This document shows, piece by piece, positions 9,744 through 19,720 of a stretch of 55,824 bases of DNA. The stretch comes from a virus (Duplodnaviria > Caudoviricetes), in IMG/VR virus record IMGVR_UViG_3300038429_000537, positions 1 to 55,824 of that record; one strand, given 5' to 3'. Each line of letters begins with the position of its first letter. Position 1 is the first letter of the stretch. The notes beneath the pieces are model-generated. The model worked only from the letters and a program-made list of their open reading frames with translations. It was not told where the DNA came from and searched no databases. Both the position numbers and the translations under genes were made by a program.

Positions 9744-10472
9744 ATGGCACTTGCCGATAGTTACGTTAAATTCGAATTTGCTCCTGAGATGGATCTCGAA
9801 GAGCAACGCAAGGCTGCCCTCTTGGAAGAGATGGGCATCAACCAGAACGATACGGACAAACTTCGTAAGATGATGCTCAGTGCCGATGAAGCCGTTTGCG
9901 CTAGGCACGAAGAGCAAGTCAAGATTCGACAACACAAAGGCCGGAAGGACCAGTGGGAAGAGTTTATCGACGCGAAGCGTCGTATGGGGCGGGTGCTGCA
10001 TCACTCGGAAATTATCGAACGGTTGCGGCAGATCGTTCCCTCGTTGATCGTTGCCCCAGGCGCGCAGCAGAACCGAGTGGGTCTTTACGTGATACGTAAC
10101 ATGGCGGTGAGTGAAATACCCAACTACCCGCTAACCGCCAACGGGTTGGCCTACACGGACGTGCCGATTTACATCGGCTGGCTGGAACTTGGTGAGTCAC
10201 CGGAGTACGAAATCGATCTAGTGAATGACGTGGACGTGGCTATTGGGCAGCGTCGTGGTTGGCGAACTTTGCTGCTGCGCTTGATTGCCCGGCGCGCCGC
10301 TCACTGCAAGCAGTGTGAGCTCAACCCGAAGTTTCACTCAGGCCAGAAGGGCCGCTCAACGTCGTTGGTTAGCGAGCAGCAGGCCGAAAAAGTTTTTGGA
10401 TACCCGAGCAACGGACCGACGGCGAGCAACTATCGCCGGCAGCTTTGGGAGTTTCGCAACGGTATTCTTTAA
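9744..10472 (+). CDS. hypothetical protein
   Basis: 242 aa; GAGGA RBS. Confidence 0.75.
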   Translation: MALADSYVKFEFAPEMDLEEQRKAALLEEMGINQNDTDKLRKMMLSADEAVCARHEEQVKIRQHKGRKDQWEEFIDAKRRMGRVLHHSEIIERLRQIVPSLIVAPGAQQNRVGLYVIRNMAVSEIPNYPLTANGLAYTDVPIYIGWLELGESPEYEIDLVNDVDVAIGQRRGWRTLLLRLIARRAAHCKQCELNPKFHSGQKGRSTSLVSEQQAEKVFGYPSNGPTASNYRRQLWEFRNGIL

Positions 10473-10540
10473 AGACGGCGTCCGCGAATTACTAGCAGGC
10501 ACGATCAGCTAGAATCAACACGGCCCGTAGGAGAAACAAA

Positions 10541-11017
10541 GTGAAAGACCAAAATGAAGATGTAGTGTCCAAGGTTGACTTCCCGGTGACGTTGACCACA
10601 GATCAGGTGATGCGGATGCTCTTGCAGACGCAGGCCGACCTGGCAAAGTCGCAGCAGCAACTGGCGGATGCTATCCTGGAGTCGCGGAAGCCTTACGTTG
10701 ATCCAAAGGTACTTGCGCAAAAGCAAAAGCAACTCGAGGAGCGGCGCCAGCAAATCGCTCACGATCAAGCGGTAAAGATCGCGACGAAAAAGCAGTGCCC
10801 GCACACCCGTGAAAACGGCACCTCGAACATCAAGTGGATGGAGCACAGCAACGGGATCATCCTCGGTGTTTGCGGAACTTGCGCTTCACAGTTCTGCGCC
10901 AAAGGTCCGGACGCCACGGCCAGTGATCGTGATCTGCTACGGAAGGATCTCAAGTCGCTCAAGAACATGGGTCGCGCCGGCCAGCACGCTCAAGCCGGGG
11001 CAATAATTGAGGGATAA
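10541..11017 (+). CDS. hypothetical protein, coiled coil plus Cys motif
   Basis: AGGAG RBS with GTG start; CPH...CGTC. Confidence 0.7.
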   Translation: MKDQNEDVVSKVDFPVTLTTDQVMRMLLQTQADLAKSQQQLADAILESRKPYVDPKVLAQKQKQLEERRQQIAHDQAVKIATKKQCPHTRENGTSNIKWMEHSNGIILGVCGTCASQFCAKGPDATASDRDLLRKDLKSLKNMGRAGQHAQAGAIIEG

Positions 11018-11020
11018 GCG

Positions 11021-11224
11021 ATGAACGATCCTAACAACAAGTTCGTGGTGAACGACCAAAAGGTTTCGCACCTGCGGGTTCATACGTGCCCAATTTGCGG
11101 TAATCGTCACGAAGGACTCGTTCCTGACGTTGAGGTTACTTCTTCCACAGATGATGAGCATAAGAATCGTTTTGACCTGCATGATGCTCAAACTAAGGCG
11201 CGGCGCCGAGGCGAAGTCAGGTAG
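11021..11224 (+). CDS. small Zn-finger-like protein
   Basis: HTCPICGNRH; fills the gap between neighbours. Confidence 0.55.
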   Translation: MNDPNNKFVVNDQKVSHLRVHTCPICGNRHEGLVPDVEVTSSTDDEHKNRFDLHDAQTKARRRGEVR

Positions 11225-11226
11225 AG

Positions 11227-12177
11227 ATGGCGCGTAAAGACGTTAACATCGTCACTTCTCTCGTGGGAAAGGGCCTCGAACGTGAGGCCCTACTCCTGCG
11301 TGAGTTGCTCGCGACTCACGATGTCTATACTAACTTTTATCACTATTGTAATTATGCCGGTTCAAATTTTGTACGGGCAGATATTAATCTCTTCCTTGAA
11401 GTGATGATGCCCAACGTGCTCACGCTCTCGCGAGAAAACTGGCTTTTTCCGAACGACGAGTGGTGGAACAGTCTCAACGACCAATTTTTGCCACGCATCA
11501 CCAAAGTTTGCTGTAAGACGCAGGATTCTTTTCGCCACTGGTGTCAGAAGGTCGACCCAGCGAAGTGTGTGTACGTGGGCTTTGAAGCCCGTGACCTTTA
11601 CCACCCGGAAATACCGCGAGAGAACAAGTTCTTGCACCTGGCGGGTGGCTCGGAGTTTAAGAATACCGAGGCGGTCATCCAAGCGTGGAAAAACGGTAAC
11701 TGGGCCTACAAGCCGTTTCCGTTGACGGTGGTCACGCTGCAAAAGAAGTGGCAGGCGCTGTGTGAGGACGTCGATAATGTCACATGGATCCCGCGAGTGA
11801 ACGAGGATGAGTTGGTACAGTTGATGAACTCGCATCGCTTTCACTTGATGCCGAGTGCCTATGAGGGGTTTGGGCACGCGATTCACGAAGGGCTAGGCTG
11901 CGGTGCCCTAGTGTTGACAACCGACGCGCCGCCGATGAACGAGTTTGATGGGATCGTAACCGAGTGGAAGATACCGGTCGTGAGTCAGACGCCGCGGTCC
12001 TTAGCTCAACTTAATCAAGTAAGTCTAATAGGAGTGCAAGCGGCGGTGTGCAAAGCTATCGAAACAACGAGTCATCCTAACGAGTTGGAACGACGGTCGT
12101 GTGCAGCCCGTGAAGCTTTCTTAGTTGCGCGTCAGGACTTTCGGCAGAAGTTTTTGTCGCTGGTAGGAGTAGCGTGA
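11227..12177 (+). CDS. glycosyltransferase, GT-B fold (GT4-like)
   Basis: HLAG...KNT and the EGFGHAIHEG (EX7E) motif, TTDAPPMNE. Confidence 0.9.
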   Translation: MARKDVNIVTSLVGKGLEREALLLRELLATHDVYTNFYHYCNYAGSNFVRADINLFLEVMMPNVLTLSRENWLFPNDEWWNSLNDQFLPRITKVCCKTQDSFRHWCQKVDPAKCVYVGFEARDLYHPEIPRENKFLHLAGGSEFKNTEAVIQAWKNGNWAYKPFPLTVVTLQKKWQALCEDVDNVTWIPRVNEDELVQLMNSHRFHLMPSAYEGFGHAIHEGLGCGALVLTTDAPPMNEFDGIVTEWKIPVVSQTPRSLAQLNQVSLIGVQAAVCKAIETTSHPNELERRSCAAREAFLVARQDFRQKFLSLVGVA

Positions 12178-13637
12178 AGCTCTGCCTAATCGTTCCGCCC
12201 TCCGTGTTCCTGCTCGATGAGCGCGTGTTCATGACGCTGGGCATCCTTCGGGTGGCGGCGGTACTAGAAAACGCGGGGCACCAGGTTGAAGTCTTAGACC
12301 TTTCGGGCGTGGCTAATTACGGGGAAGCGGTTCGGGACTATGTTCTCAGTTCGGAGGTAGAACTTTTTGGGTTGACGGCCACGACCCCCCAGTTACCGGC
12401 AGCGATCGAGGTTGCCACCGTAATTCGGCTGAACAAACCCGGCGCTCGGCTGATTTTGGGTGGTCCGCACGTCACCCTAGTTAACGCGGCCCGGAAAAAG
12501 GGTATCAGTAGGGCCGAAAAAGCCTTTAGGCAGCTACAGGCCCACTTTAACCAGCTAGTGGCCGGGGACGGCGAAAAGGCCGTTTTTCAGGCCCTTTCGA
12601 ACCCGTCGACCACCCTGGTGGATGCCGACGACCTCCAATCGGACCTGTTTTTGATCAACCAGGTGCTCTCGGAGCTACCCTTTCCGGCTCGGCACCTAGT
12701 GGACGTGGGCAGTTACCACTACCAGATTGACGGAGCCCGGGCCACGAGCCTGATCGCGCAGCTGGGTTGTCCCTTCGGGTGTGGGTTTTGCGGCGGACGG
12801 AGTTCGCCAACGTTCCGCAAGATCCGAATGCGGTCAATTGAGAGTATCGTCGCTGAGCTAAGACACTTGTACGAGACCTACGGGTTCACCGGGTTCATGG
12901 TTTACGACGACGAGTTGAACGTGAACCCGCAGATGGTAAAGCTGATGGGCGCGATTGGGCAGCTCGCTCAAGAACTTAATGTCGAGTTCAAGCTGCGGGG
13001 TTTCGTGAAGGCCGAGTTGCTCACCGACGAGCAGGCAGCGGCGATGTACCGGGCCGGCTTCCGGTGGATTTTAGTAGGTTTTGAGTCGGGGTCACCGCGT
13101 ATCTTGAAGAATATCCAGAAGAAGGCCACGCGAGAGGATAACACGCGGGCGGTTGAGATCGCGCGACGTCACGGGCTGAAGGTCAAGGCGTTAATGTCGC
13201 TCGGCCATCCCGGTGAATCGGCTGCGACGGTCCTTGAAACCTACGACTGGTTGCTGAAGGTCCGTCCGGATGACTTCGACGCGACGATCATCACCCCGTA
13301 TCCCGGCACGCCTTATTATGACAACGCTTTCCTCGTGTCACAAGAGGAAGGAATCTGGAAGTACGTGATAAACGGTGACGCACTTTATAGCCTAGAAGTG
13401 GATTACACCAGAGTTGCAGATTACTACAAAGGCGATCCGAATGACGGGTACGTGTCCTACGTGTTTACGGACTTTTTAAGCTGCGTAAAGTTAGCTGAGT
13501 GGCGTGATTGGCTTGAGAAGAAAGTGCGTGAGACTTTGAACATTCCGTTTAACCCGTCGTTGCCGGCGCAGCGCTACGAGCATTCGATGGGGTGTTTGCC
13601 GCCGAGTATTTTAAGGGTACAGCATGTCGCCAATTAA
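12174..13637 (+). CDS. cobalamin-binding-domain radical SAM enzyme (class B methyltransferase-like)
   Basis: N-terminal B12-binding domain (LGILRVAAVL, LGGPHVT); CxxxCxxC = CPFGCGFC; YDDE, GFESG, PYPGT. Confidence 0.92.
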   Translation: MKLCLIVPPSVFLLDERVFMTLGILRVAAVLENAGHQVEVLDLSGVANYGEAVRDYVLSSEVELFGLTATTPQLPAAIEVATVIRLNKPGARLILGGPHVTLVNAARKKGISRAEKAFRQLQAHFNQLVAGDGEKAVFQALSNPSTTLVDADDLQSDLFLINQVLSELPFPARHLVDVGSYHYQIDGARATSLIAQLGCPFGCGFCGGRSSPTFRKIRMRSIESIVAELRHLYETYGFTGFMVYDDELNVNPQMVKLMGAIGQLAQELNVEFKLRGFVKAELLTDEQAAAMYRAGFRWILVGFESGSPRILKNIQKKATREDNTRAVEIARRHGLKVKALMSLGHPGESAATVLETYDWLLKVRPDDFDATIITPYPGTPYYDNAFLVSQEEGIWKYVINGDALYSLEVDYTRVADYYKGDPNDGYVSYVFTDFLSCVKLAEWRDWLEKKVRETLNIPFNPSLPAQRYEHSMGCLPPSILRVQHVAN

Positions 13638-14523
13638 CGTCGTCTGGAGTGAAGGAGTATTGGGGGGTGACGGGCGATCGCGCTACGCAACGAACACGCT
13701 GTTGAACACTGCCATCGATCGGGCGGAGGTGGGATTCGTCCATAGAAATGGATGGGCTGAGCTGCCGAGTGATGCCTCGGGTGCGGTGGTCGTTATCCAA
13801 GGCGAGCACCTGGCGGGTCAAGAAGCTGACCTGCTAAACCGGATGGCTTCTTTTTCTTGGGCGTTGACGGTCGTGATGGGCGACGAGTGCCGGAGGTTCA
13901 ACTCCCGTCCCTTTGTTGGTCCGAGGCGTAAGGTTTGGCGCCAGTATCCCATCCCTGGAAAGCACGACTATGAGGATCGTCGGCTAACGGCGGGCTATCC
14001 TCAAGACTGCCCCATGTACCTTGAGCATCTACAAGACGTGCTGGCGAACAAGACGCTCGACTTTTCTTACGCCGGGCAGGTGAACAGCGCCACTCGCCAA
14101 GCGTGCGTGTCCCAGTTAAGATCGTTGCCCAACGGCTACGTTTACCAGTCCTCGGGGTTCTGGCAAGGTCTGCCGCGGGACGAGTACTACCGCAAGGTGG
14201 CCGAGTCTAAGGTGATCGCCTGTCCGGGTGGGGCGGCTTTTCCCGAGAGCCTTCGCATGGGTGAGGCCCTCGAAGCCGGCTGTGTGCCGGTGGTAGAAGA
14301 TTGTTTCATCGTAGGTACGAGCTATTGGAAGTACGTGTTGGGTGAAGAACTGCCGTTTCCCACCCTGACGAACTGGCAGGATTTCCCGCGGTTGTTAGAG
14401 CAGGTCTTGAGGGAGTGGCCGGCAAACCGCAATAGGTTGCAAACCTGGTGGGCGGGTTACAAGGCGAGGATGCCGCGGTGGTTTGAAGAGGACCTACGAG
14501 CGGTGGGAGCCTTAGATGCTTGA
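13624..14523 (+). CDS. exostosin/GT47-like glycosyltransferase
   Basis: FSYAGQ, SKVIACPGG...ESLRMGEALEAGCVPVV. Confidence 0.8.
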   Translation: MSPINVVWSEGVLGGDGRSRYATNTLLNTAIDRAEVGFVHRNGWAELPSDASGAVVVIQGEHLAGQEADLLNRMASFSWALTVVMGDECRRFNSRPFVGPRRKVWRQYPIPGKHDYEDRRLTAGYPQDCPMYLEHLQDVLANKTLDFSYAGQVNSATRQACVSQLRSLPNGYVYQSSGFWQGLPRDEYYRKVAESKVIACPGGAAFPESLRMGEALEAGCVPVVEDCFIVGTSYWKYVLGEELPFPTLTNWQDFPRLLEQVLREWPANRNRLQTWWAGYKARMPRWFEEDLRAVGALDA

Positions 14524-15250
14524 TGACCAAGTCACCGCGCTCATTCCTACCAGCCCCATCCCGCGCCACCCGGATACGGGATTGATCGAGGAGTGCATCG
14601 GCGGTATTCGCTCTTATTTTCCCGAGGCACGGATCATCGTAATGGCCGACGGGATACGGCCTGCGGTGGAGCACCGCCGCGGCCAGTATGAGGAGTACAA
14701 AAAACGGTTGGCCGAGAAGATTGACTCACACCAGTTGGGTCGAACCGAGCTGATGCTTTTTGACGAGCCGTGGCAGCAAGCAGAAATGACGAAGAGAACC
14801 CTTGAGAAGGTTACCACCCCGTTGATTCTCTTCGTGGAACACGATGCGGTTTTTCAACCTGAAACCAAGGTCGTCTTTTCCGACATCTTCGACCTGCTGC
14901 TGAAAGGCGATGCCAACATTGTTCGGTTCTACAATTGGAAGGACATTTGGTGGGAGCATGCTTACCTGATGCGGGGTGAGTTTACCCACGGCAGTTCACG
15001 CTTTGTCAAAACGGTACAGTACTCACAATGGCCGCTAGTGTCGCGAACGGACTATCACCGAAAGATTTTGAGCGAATACTTTGCTCCCTTTGAGCGCAAG
15101 ATGATCGAGACGAAAATGTACGGACCGGTAGCTAGCTCACAGTGGGAAGAACACAAGATTGTGATTTACCTCAACGGCGAGCTTCCGTTTATGCATCACG
15201 ATGGACGCACAGACCGAGTCACCGGTCGACGCGACCCGGCGGAGTGGTAG
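14516..15250 (+). CDS. GT-A fold glycosyltransferase-like protein
   Basis: VTALIPTSPIPRHP, IIVMADG, LFVEHD (DxD-like). Confidence 0.7.
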   Translation: MLDDQVTALIPTSPIPRHPDTGLIEECIGGIRSYFPEARIIVMADGIRPAVEHRRGQYEEYKKRLAEKIDSHQLGRTELMLFDEPWQQAEMTKRTLEKVTTPLILFVEHDAVFQPETKVVFSDIFDLLLKGDANIVRFYNWKDIWWEHAYLMRGEFTHGSSRFVKTVQYSQWPLVSRTDYHRKILSEYFAPFERKMIETKMYGPVASSQWEEHKIVIYLNGELPFMHHDGRTDRVTGRRDPAEW

Positions 15251-15252
15251 CC

Positions 15253-15957
15253 GTGAGCATGGGCGACCTGAACACAAACATGCGGGAACGGTATGAGCCG
15301 AGTGTGTTTAACAGCGTACGTGGTCTCTTGAAACCAGGTGAGTTGGTGTTTGACGTGGGCGCGTATGATGGGATTACCTCGGACATTCTTGCTACGATCG
15401 TCGGCCCCGAGAACGTCGTGATCGTCGAGCCCGGAGAAATGGATTGGGGAACCATCCGGGCTTACTGGAACGCCCAGGGTCACGTGGCGCCTCGGGCAAC
15501 CTACGCGGGGTTTTTAAACGATACCGATCGGCCCGGCCTGGACCCTCGAAGTGTGGTGCACGTTGGGAAGTTTCCTCCGGAGGCGGAACAGTCAATCGTG
15601 GCTCAGGCGGAGGAAGGGTTAAATTTTCGCCTACTAAGTGATCGTGAGAAGTACCCCGAGGTGATGGCCCGACCCTGGCTCAGGCTTGACACGGTCGTTT
15701 CAATCACGGGCACTCCGGCCGGGATCGTGATGGACGTGGAGGGTGCCGAACTGTTAGTCCTTCGCGGGGCAGAAGAAACGCTTAAGAGCGGCCGGCCGTT
15801 AGTGTGGGTTGAGGTTCATTTGAAGCAAATGCCGGAATTTTTTGGGACGAGTGACGTGGAACTACACGCTTTTATGAAGGGGCTAGGTTACCGAGAGACC
15901 TTGCTCGATAACGCTATTCAAGAGCATTGGTTGTTCGAGCCAGAGGAACGTTCCTGA
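15253..15957 (+). CDS. FkbM family methyltransferase
   Basis: VFDVGAYDG, VEP, MDVEGAELLVLRGA, VEVH. Confidence 0.9.
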   Translation: MSMGDLNTNMRERYEPSVFNSVRGLLKPGELVFDVGAYDGITSDILATIVGPENVVIVEPGEMDWGTIRAYWNAQGHVAPRATYAGFLNDTDRPGLDPRSVVHVGKFPPEAEQSIVAQAEEGLNFRLLSDREKYPEVMARPWLRLDTVVSITGTPAGIVMDVEGAELLVLRGAEETLKSGRPLVWVEVHLKQMPEFFGTSDVELHAFMKGLGYRETLLDNAIQEHWLFEPEERS

Positions 15958-17069
15958 TGATCCTTCCACCCGTATCGCTAGTCATAATCTATAAGGATCG
16001 CGCGGCGCAGCTCGTGAAAAGCTTGGATTCGATTGCGCGCCAAAATTATCCTGCCCTTGAGGTTGTTATCGTCGAGGACGGGGATGATGGTGGGGTGGTT
16101 GCCGAGATCGCCCAACGTTACGGTGCGCGGCACCTGAGTGTTCCGGCACGGCCCGCGCCGATTGAGTCAGGCCGCGATCATTACTGGACGGCGAATCAGC
16201 CGTTCGGCAACCTGTCGGTGCTGCACAACCGGGCTATCGCGGCGGCGTCAAATGAGGTTGTCCTTTTCCAAGATGCTGAGTTTAGGCACGATACTCCTCG
16301 AGTCATTGAGGAGTTAGTTGCGCAGGTCGTGGATAACCCGCGGGTGCTCATGACTTGCTCGACGGGGTACGAGACTGACGCGACAGGAAAAGTTAGGGTT
16401 AGCTGCGGGCTGCCCTATTCTAGCTTTGGCTGTATGCAAAAGTCGACGCTGTTGGCGGTGGGCGGTTTTGAGGAGGCGATGGAGGGCTACAGCTACGACG
16501 ACAACTACTTCGCGTTCCTGTTAGGAAAAAACAAGATTGAGGTGCGGACTCTAGTACCCGTTGTCGTTACGCATCAGTGGCATCGGTCCATCGGGGGATA
16601 CAATTATCCGACGGGGCGGGCAGGTCGGGCGTTGTGCACGCGTTTGATGCACGAGATAAACAAGGGGTTAAGACCGCCGATTGCCAACTATCGGGTGCGT
16701 GAGGTTTTAGACGCCGCTGATTTTTCAACGGTCGGGCGCAAGGACGTTGAGACCTTGGTCAGGAAAGGAATTGATGCTTTTCGCACGGCTCCCCCAATAA
16801 ATAGTTATGATAGATGGAACGCCTGGGCTACAGAATGGCTTGCCGGGAAGTATGATGAGCACGGCGACATCGCACAAGGGGTGATTGAGCGAACGCCGGC
16901 ACCGACCCGGGAGGATGCGACGATGATCTCGGTCGTTGAGACGGCCTGGGCTTTGCGATGTTGGGAGAACGTGGTGCAGGCGGGAGCGACGACGCCCGCC
17001 GAGCACCTCATGGACTGGGCGCGGACCGCGGCGACGTGCGCCCAACGTGGCGAGGCACCCAATCGATGA
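15957..17069 (+). CDS. GT2 glycosyltransferase with an extra C-terminal helical region
   Basis: VSLVII...VVIVEDG, FQDAE, VGGFEE..GY..DD, HQWH. Confidence 0.85.
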   Translation: MILPPVSLVIIYKDRAAQLVKSLDSIARQNYPALEVVIVEDGDDGGVVAEIAQRYGARHLSVPARPAPIESGRDHYWTANQPFGNLSVLHNRAIAAASNEVVLFQDAEFRHDTPRVIEELVAQVVDNPRVLMTCSTGYETDATGKVRVSCGLPYSSFGCMQKSTLLAVGGFEEAMEGYSYDDNYFAFLLGKNKIEVRTLVPVVVTHQWHRSIGGYNYPTGRAGRALCTRLMHEINKGLRPPIANYRVREVLDAADFSTVGRKDVETLVRKGIDAFRTAPPINSYDRWNAWATEWLAGKYDEHGDIAQGVIERTPAPTREDATMISVVETAWALRCWENVVQAGATTPAEHLMDWARTAATCAQRGEAPNR

Positions 17070-17890
17070 TACGAACTGACGACGACGCACGTTTCGCCGT
17101 ACCGTTGCCGCTCGACGTAAAGGCCGTCATGCGGCAGGGGGCGCGGCCGTTTACCCCAGCCGATGAGTTCGTACAGGTTAACCTAACGACCGTGATTTTT
17201 ACTTCGCCGGTGCCGTCGCACCCAAGTACCTGGCTGCTGGAAAACGTTTATGACTCGATCCGCTATCACCTACCCAACATGAGGATCGTGGTATTAGCGG
17301 ATGGGACGGATGGGGATGAGCCTGGGAGCTATGTTGAGTTTAAGAACCAAGCGCGACGAAAAGGTTGGGAGCTACTAGCATTCAAGGGGCGGCACCTCCA
17401 GTCCCTGATGCTACGTGAGGCACTTTTGAACGTGGTAAAGACACCACTAGTCATGGTTGCGGAAGGCGATTGGGGGCTTCGAAAATTGTATGTCGATTGG
17501 TGCGGGATCGCTGAGGTGTTGCTGGACCCAACGTGTCGTTACAAACTAGTTCAGTTACGGCAGGATCGCTTAGGGGACTGGGAACTAACCAGCCGGGATC
17601 ATAGTTTTGGCGCCCTGGAATGCTACCACGGGGTCAACCTGTTGCCGACGACGTGGTTCCAGTGCCCGACACACGTTGCGAACAGCGACTGGTACCGCCG
17701 GCTGGTTCCGTTCATGCTCACGCCACAGTTTCTTGAACGTGACGAGTTGACCGAGGGAATGAGGTTCATCGGGGCCCTTGATGAGATGGCTTGCTATATA
17801 CCGCCTGGACCGATGATGGGGCGGTGCTACCATCTTGACGGGCGAAACGTAGTGAATATCCGTCAAGCGGACGGCCTAGACTATGCCTAA
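17066..17890 (+). CDS. GT-A fold glycosyltransferase-like protein (paralog of 14516..15250)
   Basis: TSPVPSHPST, IVVLADG, VKTPLVMVAEGD, YHLDGR. Confidence 0.7.
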   Translation: MIRTDDDARFAVPLPLDVKAVMRQGARPFTPADEFVQVNLTTVIFTSPVPSHPSTWLLENVYDSIRYHLPNMRIVVLADGTDGDEPGSYVEFKNQARRKGWELLAFKGRHLQSLMLREALLNVVKTPLVMVAEGDWGLRKLYVDWCGIAEVLLDPTCRYKLVQLRQDRLGDWELTSRDHSFGALECYHGVNLLPTTWFQCPTHVANSDWYRRLVPFMLTPQFLERDELTEGMRFIGALDEMACYIPPGPMMGRCYHLDGRNVVNIRQADGLDYA

Positions 17891-18794
17891 ACTCTTACTT
17901 ACGGGCGCGACTAGCTTTATCGGCAGAAGATTTCTCGAGGACGTTCTCGAGGGTACCGATTGGGAGGTCTATTCAATCGAACGGCAATACCAACCTGACC
18001 TGCCCCGGGTGCTTCGCTTCTACCACGATCTGCGAGCTGAGGTACCAACACAGCTCGTCGAACGAGTTAAGGATGCCGATTACCTAGTTCACCTAGCGGC
18101 GGACGTGTCCGGCATCAAGTCCCTAGCAGACCCGGTGTTGACGGTTACCACAAATGTGGTAGGGACCTACCACACCCTGGAATTGGCCCGAAAGTTAGAG
18201 CTGAAAAAGTTTGTCTACGTGTCAAGCGGGGAGGCAGTGGGGGCGGCTCCTTTTCCGACGTGTCTGGTTGAAGATGCCTCGTTGCGGCCGTCAAATCCCT
18301 ACGCAGCTAGCAAGGCGGCTGCCGAAGCCCTAGTGAACAGCTACCGAGTTTCATTTGGATTGCCGGCCGTCACCGTGCGAATGATGAACATCTTTGGGCC
18401 GGGGCAGCAGTTAACACGCTTCGTGCCGATGGCAGTTAAGAACTTGCTTGAGAAGCAGATAATTAAGTGCCACGTTGGCCCAGACGGGCGGTGTGGTTCA
18501 CGAAACTGGCTGCACGTTGGTCACTTCTCACAAGCATTATTGAACCTAGTTGGTGTTAAGCCTGGAATCTATCACGTGATCGGACCGGAACGTAGCAATC
18601 TAGACATCATCTTAGGGTTGGCTAAAGCTTTGGATGTGTCGTTTTGCGTCAAGAACGTGGTTCCTGGCCCGTCACATGACCTGCGGTACGCTTTAAAGGA
18701 TACGAAGTTGGGCTTAGACTTTAGCGCTGATTTTGACGAGACTCTAGCGGCTACCGCGCAGTGGTACGACGTCCACCGGGAGGCGCTCGTATGA
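17883..18794 (+). CDS. NAD-dependent epimerase/dehydratase
   Basis: TGATSFIG, HLAA, YAASK, NIFGP. Confidence 0.92.
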   Translation: MPKLLLTGATSFIGRRFLEDVLEGTDWEVYSIERQYQPDLPRVLRFYHDLRAEVPTQLVERVKDADYLVHLAADVSGIKSLADPVLTVTTNVVGTYHTLELARKLELKKFVYVSSGEAVGAAPFPTCLVEDASLRPSNPYAASKAAAEALVNSYRVSFGLPAVTVRMMNIFGPGQQLTRFVPMAVKNLLEKQIIKCHVGPDGRCGSRNWLHVGHFSQALLNLVGVKPGIYHVIGPERSNLDIILGLAKALDVSFCVKNVVPGPSHDLRYALKDTKLGLDFSADFDETLAATAQWYDVHREALV

Positions 18795-19720
18795 GCCGCT
18801 TTCTGGTTACCGGCGCCGCGGGTTTTGCCGGGTCGCACATCGTAGAAGAATTACTGCGTCAGGATCACGAGGTCCTAGGTTTGGACTGTCTAACTTATGC
18901 CGGCCCGTTAGTGAACTTAGCCAATCTAACGGGGTTGCGGTTCAAGTTTGTCTACCATGATTTTACGCAATCGTTGCCCGACCTTGGCCCGGTAGACTAC
19001 GTGATCCACAACGGGGCAGCGAGTCACGTGCTGCGGTCGCTACAGGATCCGGAGACGTTCGTGCGATCGAACGTGTTGGGCACTTTGAACGTATTGGAGT
19101 GGGCCCGAAAATATCCGGTTAAAAAGTTTGTCTACGTGTCGACGGACGAGGTTTTTGGGCCGGCGGGCAACGAGCCGTACCACGAGGGTGATCGGCTGCG
19201 GCCGACGAACCCTTACTCAGCCAGCAAGGCCGGCGGAGAGTTTTTAGTTCGTAGTTACTTTCGGTCCTTTGGCATACCGGCGCTGATTACCCGGACGATA
19301 AATATGTACGGCGAGCGTCAACATCTTGAGAAGTTTGTGCCTTTAGTCGTCGGTCGATTACTACGGGGTGAGACGGTCGACATCCACGCGGAAAGCGGCA
19401 AGGTAGGTTCGCGTAACTGGGCTTACGTGGGTGAACAGGCTCGGGCGTTGATTTACCTCGCCGAAGAGGGCGAACCGGGCAAAGCCTACCACGTGGCTGA
19501 GGGCGTCAGGAAAAACAACCTAGAGATGGCGCAACTAGTGGCTGGCATTTTGGGTGTTGAACTTAAATACCGGCTGATCGAGTACGCTTGGCCAGGACAC
19601 GATTTTAGCTACAGCTTGAGCGTGAAAGGTACGCCACAGCACGTTCATTGGAAGATGTCGGAGAGTTTTGAAGAGTTGCTTCGCAAGACGGTGTGGTGGT
19701 ACCGGGAGCAGTTGTCATGA
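18791..19720 (+). CDS. NDP-glucose 4,6-dehydratase-like (RmlB-like)
   Basis: TGAAGFAG, DCLTYAG, STDEV, PYSASK, EKFVP. Confidence 0.9.
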   Translation: MSRFLVTGAAGFAGSHIVEELLRQDHEVLGLDCLTYAGPLVNLANLTGLRFKFVYHDFTQSLPDLGPVDYVIHNGAASHVLRSLQDPETFVRSNVLGTLNVLEWARKYPVKKFVYVSTDEVFGPAGNEPYHEGDRLRPTNPYSASKAGGEFLVRSYFRSFGIPALITRTINMYGERQHLEKFVPLVVGRLLRGETVDIHAESGKVGSRNWAYVGEQARALIYLAEEGEPGKAYHVAEGVRKNNLEMAQLVAGILGVELKYRLIEYAWPGHDFSYSLSVKGTPQHVHWKMSESFEELLRKTVWWYREQLS

